Assembly: GCA_951406725.2 (NCBI GenBank)
Contig: OX597827.1
Span: 45,198,001 to 45,262,000 of the forward strand
Direction of reading: 5' to 3'
From: Octopus vulgaris
Taxonomy: Eukaryota
Length of the DNA: 64,000 nt
The translations under genes and the position numbers were made by a program. The notes under the pieces are model-generated. The model had not been told where the DNA came from, made no database searches, and was given only the letters and a program-made list of their open reading frames with translations. Shown here in pieces: positions 54,583 to 64,000 of the stretch; the stretch's first letter is position 1; the number at the start of each line of letters is the position of its first letter.

Positions 54583-55052
54583 AATTGTTGTACAATGCGT
54601 CTCCATCTTTCCTTTAACTTGAAAATACCCTCTTCCCTGCATTGAGGTGGTTTCATGGCAAAGAATTCATCAAGGTATCTTTTTACATTATCTAAGGAAT
54701 TGAAATTTTTACCATTAAGACTATTCTGCAGAGACCTGATAAGTGGAAATCCGAAGGAGCAATATCTGGTGAATATGGAGGGTGGGGTAACACATCCCAG
54801 ACGAGCTGCAGCAATTTTTGTCTGGTTCCCAAAGCATCAAATGCCGAAAATGAACTTTCTCATCTTCCATTTTAAAGGGTTACAGAATTAACACAGGTTA
54901 TAGGAACATAAATCTTCTTCCACGAAAAGATAGCTTAAACTGTGTTCTAAGTGGAGGTGTAGTCAAATCTTATTTTATGGACTCAACCATGTTCTAAAAT
55001 AAGTCGAAATGTAAGCTACTATAAATCGGCACGAACTTTCCGGACAACTCAG
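54583..55052 (-). mobile_element. Internally deleted mariner (second family), 3' TIR lost
   Basis: TA|CTGAGTTGTCCGGAAAGTTCGTGCCGATTT end at 55052. MEDEKVHFRHLMLWE (ATG at 54870) is fused to TRQKLLQLVWDVLPHPPYSPDIAPSDF...LQNSLNGKNF...GIFKLKERWRRIV. Confidence 0.9.
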
Positions 55053-55503
55053 TAGATTGAAAAAACAGAAAGATGGGCAATGGGAAGAAAGGAAGGGTAG
55101 AAAAAGAAGGAAAAGAAGAAGAAGAAAGTGAAAAAGAAGAAGAAGAAAGTGAAGAAGAAAAAGAAAAAGAAAGGAGACGGGGAAGCATAAGAAAGAAGAG
55201 AGGAATAAAAAGGTAAATGGAAGAAAACAAAATGGAAAAGGGAAATAAAAGCAAGAAAGAAGGAAAAGAATAAGAAGAACGCAAAAAAACAAAAAGAGAC
55301 GACAGGAGAAAGGGGTGGAGACGAAGAAGAAAAAGAAGAAGGAAAAGAAGAAGAAGAAGAAGAAGAAGAAGAAGAAGAAGAAGAAGAAGAAGAAGAAGAA
55401 GAAGAAGAAAGGAGAAGAGACGAAGAAGCCTGAGAAAACGACAGAACGGTAAAAGCCTAACACCAGAAGGAAAAGGAGAAAAGGGACAACGACGTGTGTG
55501 TGC

Positions 55504-55558
<55 letters not shown>

Positions 55559-55690
55559 CATGTAAATACAATTGCAGAAAATAATTTAAATGTACATATC
55601 TGCCATGTTGTATATTTGAATGTTTATGCATGTTTACATGTTTGTTTACAAGCGAACTTAGCACCGACTCGGGTAACATCTTTTCATTCC

Positions 55691-57030
55691 TATCTATCTA
55701 AACTACAACGCATTCTCTTTCGCTTCTTGTGGAAAGGATGCGTCCCGATGGTCAGGCGATCCATTTGCTGTCAACACCCGCTAAAAGGAGGCATGCCGTG
55801 GTTGATGATGTGCAGACACGCGCTGAGACTGCGACATCTCTGGCTCTATGTAGACGACGGTGAACAGGTGTGGTCGCCGTTTGTGAGGCACGCTTTCCCG
55901 CAGCTCGTCTCCATGACCGAACTGCAGTCGTGGATCAAAAAGAGGCCGAGGAAGGGCGAATGGCACCGCGAGTGTCGCGTTGCTCTCAAGCAACTCTGCC
56001 GTCCCGGGTCGACCTTGAGTGACTCCAACACAACCAAAGCATTCTATAGGGGATTAGTGGAGGGGAGGTACGACGACGCGCTCGGGGCGAACCTGGACGT
56101 CGACGAGGAGTACCTGACCCGCCTGTTCGGGACGACTTTCGGGCCAGGGCCCATGGACAACTTCCAGAGATCCCTGGCCTGACAGTGTTACCGAGAAGCG
56201 CTACCCGTTCGGGATAAGCTCTATAGACACGGCTCGAGAAACACGGGGCCGACCTGCCCGAGATGCGGTCAGAGCGACGAAACCGTTCTGCACGCACTCG
56301 TGCAGTGTCCAAGAATTTCCGACCTGTGGGCTTGTGTCGAACAACTGCTGTCACGTATGGGACGAGTCGGTTTATCAGCTGAGTCTATCGTCAATATTGT
56401 CACGCCTCCTTCCTTCAAACGGGAAGGAAGAGCTATTTTCATCATCCCTGTGGCTATGGCGAAAGAATGTATCTGGTGGACGCGTCTGAAAGCATTGGAG
56501 ACAAACACTTTCCTCTCTGGTCAATCTCTCATCAACTTCTTCAAGTACCACTTGAAAAGGAAAGTGATAGTAGAGAGGCAAGTTTTGTCTAGCGAATGTT
56601 TTAAAAAAAGATGGGTGAATGTAGCAAGGATGGCACGTATGAATGACGAAGCCACCTTGAGCATAATCCTATGAACCCAGAAATTGAAAACAGAGGGTTA
56701 CCCACTTGCAAACAAATGTGGTAACATATAACAATATTGACTGAGGTTACCGTGGTCTTTTTCGTAGGCTTTTCTTCCCACGAATAAACCTTATCTGCTT
56801 CCCCCTTTACACCGTACATCTTGACACTGTGATACACGATCCCTATTGATCGTTTTTTTTCCTCTTCTCCTTTTTCCTCTTTTTTCTTTTCTTTTGTTTC
56901 TTTTCCTTTTTTTCTTTTTTCCCTTTTACGATCCCTTTTGATCGAAAACTTTTGCCACTTTTTTTTTCATCCCCATAAGAAAAGCTCTACCTTGTAATCT
57001 GTGTGCAGCCCTGTGTGGCCAATAAAGAAA
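55691..57030 (+). mobile_element. 3' fragment of a Tx1/L1-clade LINE (ORF2 C-terminus 55691-56674 plus 3' UTR)
   Basis: FRFLWKG...LKGGMP...LPVRDKL...CPRCGQSDETVLHALVQCP (CCHC zf-RVT motif)...IWWTR...FKKRW, with one in-frame TGA at 56180-82. Ends AATAAAGAAAC then (TATC)n. Confidence 0.92.
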
Positions 57031-57031
57031 C

Positions 57032-57129
<98 letters not shown>

Positions 57130-57781
57130 GTCTGTCTGCCTATCTATTTTTTTATAATATCTACTACTATATCCATAAACATTTTGTTTACCTTGTAGCA
57201 GGAAGATTTAGCAACCGAACCCGGATCAATATATCCGAAATTCAGCTCATGGACACGATCGTGGTTCACTAAAATATTACCTACGTCATCAAAAAATTTG
57301 ACCATTCAAGGCTTAACGTGAAACCGGATCCAACAACTGTCGCATGTTTGGCGATCTTTTTCTGAAAATAAACCACCATTATATACTCTGCGGCTTTTAG
57401 CCACTAGCAACAGACAAAAAACGGCGGACGGGAGATATCAGACTAGGCACAGAAGACAACAGCAGAAGTAGAAATTGACCAGAGCGCTGTGATTACTCAA
57501 AACAATAGACAGACGGCGACAGGAACACACAATAACCAGCAAACAATTAGCTTTGAACTATTTCGATGATTTGTCGTTTGTAGTAATGGCGTTTTTTTCT
57601 TAACAATAATAATAAATTTTTATCAAAAATATCAAACAGATTTCAACGTTCTTTAATCTTCAATCTTTTACATCCATGAACTTTTAAAACGTTTATATTC
57701 ATAAAACTATTACAGAAAATTAAATCTCCTCATAATTCCTGGTACTCTACTACTAACGGTATTACTTTGTTATCTCACTAT

Positions 57782-58547
57782 GTATGTCATTATTCAGTTT
57801 ATTTCAAGATTTCTTGCCAATAGAGAAAGAACCGGTTTCTAACCTAGATTCAATGTTCCTTCATTGGAATTTCAACATCAACAACGTAGTATTTTTGTAT
57901 GTATGTATGTATGTATGTATGTATGTATGTATGTATGTATGTATGTATGTATGTATGTATGTATGCATTTGCAGATTTGTATGTTTTATGTATGTATTCT
58001 CATGCATATAGTTACATATCTAGACATGCTCATATATATTTAGATGATAAACTTCTAGAAAGTATTACAGATTTTTACAGTTCCAGTGATGGATTGGATC
58101 TGTAGTCTTCGAATTAGCTTTCTCCTTTCTGGTTTTGAGAAACCTAATTTCTCAAGATTGGTATTTAGGTAGTGTTACATTTCCTGGGGCCCCAGTAACT
58201 GCAGTTATAAACCTGAACTTCTAATCTGGATAGAGTAACTGCAAATTTCTCAATAGTTCAGCATAGGTGTTCTCTTTTTCACTGATCTTCAGCTTTATGT
58301 CAACATCCGCTGGGCAGCTAATTTCCACAACTGTGCACAGTTTCTCTTATTTATCCCAAATCATTATATCGGGACTGTTGTTCTTACATTTTATTGAGGT
58401 CTTCACTAGTGCACTCCCCCAGTATTCCTTTTATTATGAGTGGTTATGGCTTCTATCATATTGTAGGTTTTTTTTTTGTTCTTGGAATTATCCTTCCGAC
58501 GGATTTCATTATAGAGTGTCCTAGCTACAACGTCATGTCTCATCGGT
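57782..58547 (-). mobile_element. 3' fragment of a related RLE-type LINE
   Basis: RHDVVARTLYNEI (RHD motif), NNSPDIMIWD...CTVVEISCPADVDI...YAELLRNLQLLYPD...TGTVKICNTF. The 3' UTR runs into CATA repeats and the 5' break abuts (TATG)n. Confidence 0.85.
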
Positions 58548-58570
58548 ATGTATGTATGTATGTATGTATG

Positions 58571-59030
58571 TTGGAAAGAAAGCATCAAAAACGGCACAAC
58601 AGAATCTGAACTACAGAGAAGGAAACATCAGAAGTGTAAAAGAAATGCTAGGAAAGGGCACCCTGAACCGTTATCGGAATTTCCTCTGGGAAATGAAGTA
58701 ATTTGTAATCAATGTGAGCGCGTTTGTCTCCGTATGGCGGGACTGAAAGGCCATCAACGCAATCATCTTACCAAATCGGTTGTGGACTTTACTAAATACG
58801 AAATGAAAAGGTGTAAGATTTGTGGAAAGGAGTGTGTCTCCTCAGGAGGTCTCAAGCGCCAAATGAAAATGCAAAACAAGGATGAATATCAACGTTATTC
58901 ACACTTGTCAGTTGGGTGGTAAAGAATGTAGATTTGCGACTGGACTGAAAAGTCATATACGAGCATCGCATGTGTGGAACTTTCGATCTGGCGATGGCAA
59001 TACTCGAATGCCAGTTTGCAACCATCACAT
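58571..59030 (+). mobile_element. RTE-type LINE 3' remnant carrying three degenerate C2H2 zinc fingers
   Basis: WKESIKNG...KRNARK then CNQCERVCLRMAGLKGHQRNH, CKICGKECVSSGGLKRQMKMQ, and (frameshifted) CQLGGKECRFATGLKSHIRASH. Confidence 0.65.
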
Positions 59031-59219
59031 ATATATTTTATATTTGCTGCCATCACACGTCTTTGCCAGAATATTCACAATAGAAGCCTTACTATATCGT
59101 CGTAAATGTATCAACTGCTATTTCCAATAACTGCTTTGTTGTATCACTACTCTCTCTCTCCCTCCCCCTCTCCCTCCCTCTCCTCTCTCTCTCCCTCTCC
59201 TCTCTCTATATATACATAC

Positions 59220-59413
<194 letters not shown>

Positions 59414-60878
59414 CATACATATATGCATACATACAACCCATAATGAAATCGGATATTAATGTTATGTATATAATTGTATATATAACTAAGAACTAATGAC
59501 TCTGAAATTAAAGGGAAAATGTTTTTTCAAGATTGGATAAATAATTCATATCTGTATAACCGCATCCCTGAATTGATTCTTGATCGGTGCATCTTTGGGG
59601 GTAAGTACGAAAACTTTTCTTGATTTCTCATGCAGCGGTCTCACATTATACTCTTTTAAATAATCTTTTTAATAAGACAGTTTTAAAACCCCACATTTTA
59701 TAAACTATAAATTGGTAAGTAATTTACAGACAAATTACAGTGTTAAACAAAGGTTTTTGTTTGTTCCTTCTCGAGTCATGCCTGTCTCAGAAGGGCCGGT
59801 TTCCCGGTTTCCTTATAGGTTCCCCACCTGGACGGGACGCCAGTCCGTCGCAGAATTAAACAAACGTAAGGAAATGAAATTACCACTTATGGATATCTCT
59901 AGGTTATGACATATCGTAAAAATGTCGTCTTTATTAAAGTCGACTGTTTGTAGATCAAGAGCATATTTCTACATGTTAGTTGTTCCTTTTGTATACGGAT
60001 GCATTATTTATCTCATAGTACAACGGATCATGTGAGAAGGAAGTGTGAGAGATGATAAATCATACACACATTCCTAAACCTGAATCGCAAATATTACTCT
60101 TTGGCATTCAAGGAATAATTAAAGAACGTTCACTTCTATATACAGAGTCAATCTACAGTTAACTCATAAAACGAAAAACTGTAGCGTTTTCGACTTGGAG
60201 AAACTTGTATATTCAAACAAAATACAGTTCATTCTTGTTTCTGTTACTTTCTCATACTCCTCCAAGAACCGGCTTTAGTGAAAAAATAGCATATAAAGAG
60301 CGGGCGCCACATATCGGTAAGACCAAGAATAGAAATAGAATTTGGTTCAACTCACCCTACAACATGAATATAGCTCACAATGTGGCTCGGAATTTTCTGT
60401 CCCTGTAAATAATCATTTCCTATATATATAAATGCTAAAAGCTCTTAAATAGAAACAAAATTAAGCTAAGCTACAGCTGCCTAGATTGTAGAGCTACCTA
60501 GATATCACATCCCAGTCTAAGATACTTTCTCTGTCGCAATAATCGGCTTGCTATACAAAAGTACACGGAATTGTCTGCTTAATGAATCTTGCCTCTACAA
60601 GGCCGTGGTAAATATAGCAAGCACAATACTCGCCGGTGGTGTTGAGAGAAATTATGTGGGACTTACACAAAAAAAAATTTATGATTAGATACAACGAACA
60701 TGCACATTAACTTAGGAACATATATAAAGCTAAATATACACATGTATGCATTTACATGCCTATTCATCATTTTATATATGTAATATATATTATATATTTA
60801 TATGTGTATGTATGTGCAAGAACATAAATTCGTACGTAAACCCATACAGGCACGTATACATATCTATCTATCCGTCTA

Positions 60879-60942
<64 letters not shown>

Positions 60943-61604
60943 CGTAGGCATGAGCTTATTTATGTGCTTGCTCGTGTGTATGTGTGTGTGCATATGTATG
61001 CATGTATTGTAAATAATCAAAAAGAAAAATAAAGAAAAAAAGAAAAAAATAGAGTTTTTTACGGTCAGACACAGACAAATTCAAAGTTTTGGTGCCAGTA
61101 GACACTTCATTAGAATATAAGAATATTCTTGAAGTCTCCCCTTAACTACAAATGAAACCAACGAAAGTATTCTCCTGTCCACTACCGTTTCCATGGTAAC
61201 CACGATCGAACTGAATCTTCAGTTATTTTGAATGTTTTATTTCTTTTTCTCACTTTTTTTTTTAATTATATATTTTCACAAGAATTCGGTATGAAAACAT
61301 AAAAAATAAAATACAAACAAAAAAAAAAGAAAAGAGAAAAACAACATAAAACACAAAAATTTAATTAATTCCTGTCAACTAAAAATATCCAATCACAATG
61401 TGAAGAATTATTTCGCGAAGTAAAGGAATAAGAATTATGAGGTCAAAGATTAGAAAATTTTTGGAAAGAAAGGAACGAGAAAATTAACCAAACATCAGAT
61501 TTTGGCCAGTGGGTGGGGGTAGCACAAACAAAAGTTTGTATTTGTATTTATTTTTGTTCATTTTTGTACTCCTAGCAGAATCGTATAGAATGTGTGTGTG
61601 TGTT

Positions 61605-61663
<59 letters not shown>

Positions 61664-62485
61664 GTGTGTGTGTGTGTGTGTGTATTAATATACAAATAGA
61701 CACACACATACGTATGTATTTATATGTAAATATACTGGATTAAAATATATGATATATATATATATATATGTAAATGTGTGTGTGTATTAATATACAAATA
61801 GACACACACATACGTATGTATTTATATGTAAATATACTGGACTAATATATATATATATATATATATATAAATGAATTTGGCAGAAAATGGAGCAGAATAA
61901 ATTATATTCTGCATTTAGCTGTTGCTTTAAATAATTAATTGTTTTATTTCTGTCCTTTTCACAGTTCCAGTCATGGACAAAATAACAACTAGTTATAGAT
62001 TAGAATATGGTTTAAACGATTGTAACTTTCCGGTAAATACAATGTATTAAAATGAAAGTCATAAACAATACAGAACTATGACCTTTGATATAATGTCACG
62101 GTTTAGTTGTTGTTTTTGTTGTTGTTGATTATCTCCAGGTCAGCTCTTATTGAGAAGATTTACAATCAATGGTATTCCAACCATTACTATTACGTCTTTT
62201 CACCACCCACACAAAGCACAAAGGCACACACATATATATGTGTGTATGTATGTATGTATGTATGTATGTATGTATGTATGTATGTATATATGCATGCATT
62301 ATGTATGTATGCCTGTATGTATGTATGGATGTATGTATGTATGTATCTATGTATGTATATATATATACTTTACTTTGATACTTTGATAGGTTTCGGACAT
62401 TATTGGCCCAGGCCATGTCTAACTTAATAGCACCACCTGGTATATAAAGAAGATTTGAACACATGGAGGAAAGCACCTTCGAAAA

Positions 62486-62537
<52 letters not shown>

Positions 62538-63299
62538 TAGTATTAGTGCTAGTGCATGTATATATGTGTATATATATGTGTATATATTACATGTACATCT
62601 ATATATATATACATCTACACATAAAATACAAAATACAAAGTTATATCGTGATATCGCTAGTGATAACAATACTCAAAATATATAACAGACTGGAATTGTT
62701 TGCCCGTCTCTTGCAATTTCGATCAATTGTATCTTGTCCTCCCTCTTGTTAAGAAGTGTGGCTACAATCCAGCCTACCTCTACTTCTGGGGTGTGTGTGT
62801 GTGGGATCATTTTAAATTTTTTTCCGGGACGTCCTACGTCCCAGATATAAAGGTAAAAATAAAATATTTCCGCTTTGCAAGTTCGAGTCCAGTACTCCCT
62901 TGCACGCTCCGTTGACTCGAACCTTGCTTCTATTGTGGCGAATTTACCGCCTCTGATTAGATACCTTTCATAGTCGCACCAAGACACTTTTCGAAGGTGC
63001 TTTCCTCCATGTGTTCAAATCTTCTTTTTTCTCTACATTGTATACTTTATAGACAATAGTCTTTTCTTTAATTTAATTTTTTATTATCCATCTGGACTAT
63101 TCCATTTCTGCACGCTAATTTTATTTTTAATTTATTCCCATTCATGTGAAACCACTTATTCAAGTTCAAATCATTGATGCAATTTTATACCAATTGCTAT
63201 TTTTACTCTTGTTATGTTACGATTATATTATACTTTAGTTTGATTTTAATTATTACTTACTACATATAATTCAATTGTTATTATTATTTTTATTGTTAA

Positions 63300-63708
63300 A
63301 GTGAAAGTATCTGACATAAAATGGAGAAACGTTTTTGTTTCACTTTTAACACGTAATACTGAAATAGTGGAGAAGATATGATATTGCTATGGGCTCGCTC
63401 TAGGCAAGAAGTTGAACATTTGTTTTGCCCATGAAACTACATGGACCCTAAGTAAGGCATGTGTAAAATTTGAATGGAATTGGTTGTGTAGTTCTCAAGT
63501 TTTAGGGAATCGTAGTGGAGAAGATATGATATTGCTGTGGGCTCGCCCTAGGCAAAAAGTTAAAAAATTTTTTTTCCGATGACACTCCCCGGACCCTAAG
63601 TAAGGCATGTGTAAAATTTGAATGAAATTGGTTGTGTAGTTCTCAAGTTTTAGGGAAACACACAGACAGACAGACAGACACACATTCTCAATTTTATATA
63701 TATAAAGA
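63300..63708 (-). mobile_element. Helitron/HINE-like non-autonomous element with two ~148-bp internal tandem repeats
   Basis: Repeats start at 63365 and 63513. Minus-strand 5' end A|TCTTTATATATATAAAATTGAGAATG followed by (GTCT)n. 3' CTAG not located. Confidence 0.6.
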
Positions 63709-64000
63709 TATATAAGAAAAATAGTGATTAAATAAATCTAGGCGAATATTTCTTTAAACACTGTGAAAATATATCCCAATTATCGATATTTTCCTGTCGA
63801 TATTATGGTAATCATTTTACCTTGTTAGTAATTTCTTATGACAGCTACAAATCTTACATCTGAGGTTGATTACCAATTAATTTCAGTATATTAGTCTCAA
63901 AGTATATTAGGAAAAAAACCCCATAAAGAATGAAGATGTATTATCAAAGAATTATTTTGCTTACACTTGTTTCAAATAATTTAGCACAATCTATTCACTG

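Noticed and set aside
61590-61870. ~110-bp direct duplication
   Set aside because: Slippage between TA/TG microsatellites explains it.

Overview
This is AT-rich animal DNA saturated with microsatellites, not prokaryotic. The tRNA-derived SINE families and (TA)n/(CATA)n density fit an octopus genome (my inference). The only host coding sequence I can support is one 366-bp minus-strand exon (TM3-TM5) of a cholecystokinin/sulfakinin-type GPCR; the rest is probably intron. Nearly all ORF-track entries are microsatellite artefacts. The window holds three SINE families, a full-length frameshifted mariner nested in a Helitron-like element, a deleted mariner, a 1.4-kb Helitron inserted inside a LINE, fragments of Tx1, RTE and R4/Dong-like LINEs, and MITEs. 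The least expected signal is a dispersed set of minimal type-I hammerhead ribozyme motifs. They lie in short Penelope/retrozyme-like units that sit mostly in (TA)n tracts. Two stand out: a ~347-bp palindrome with an intact-core hammerhead on each strand ~580 nt upstream of the GPCR exon, and a 1.3-mer retrozyme-like unit with a 359-bp period. All calls are by eye and repeat boundaries are approximate.
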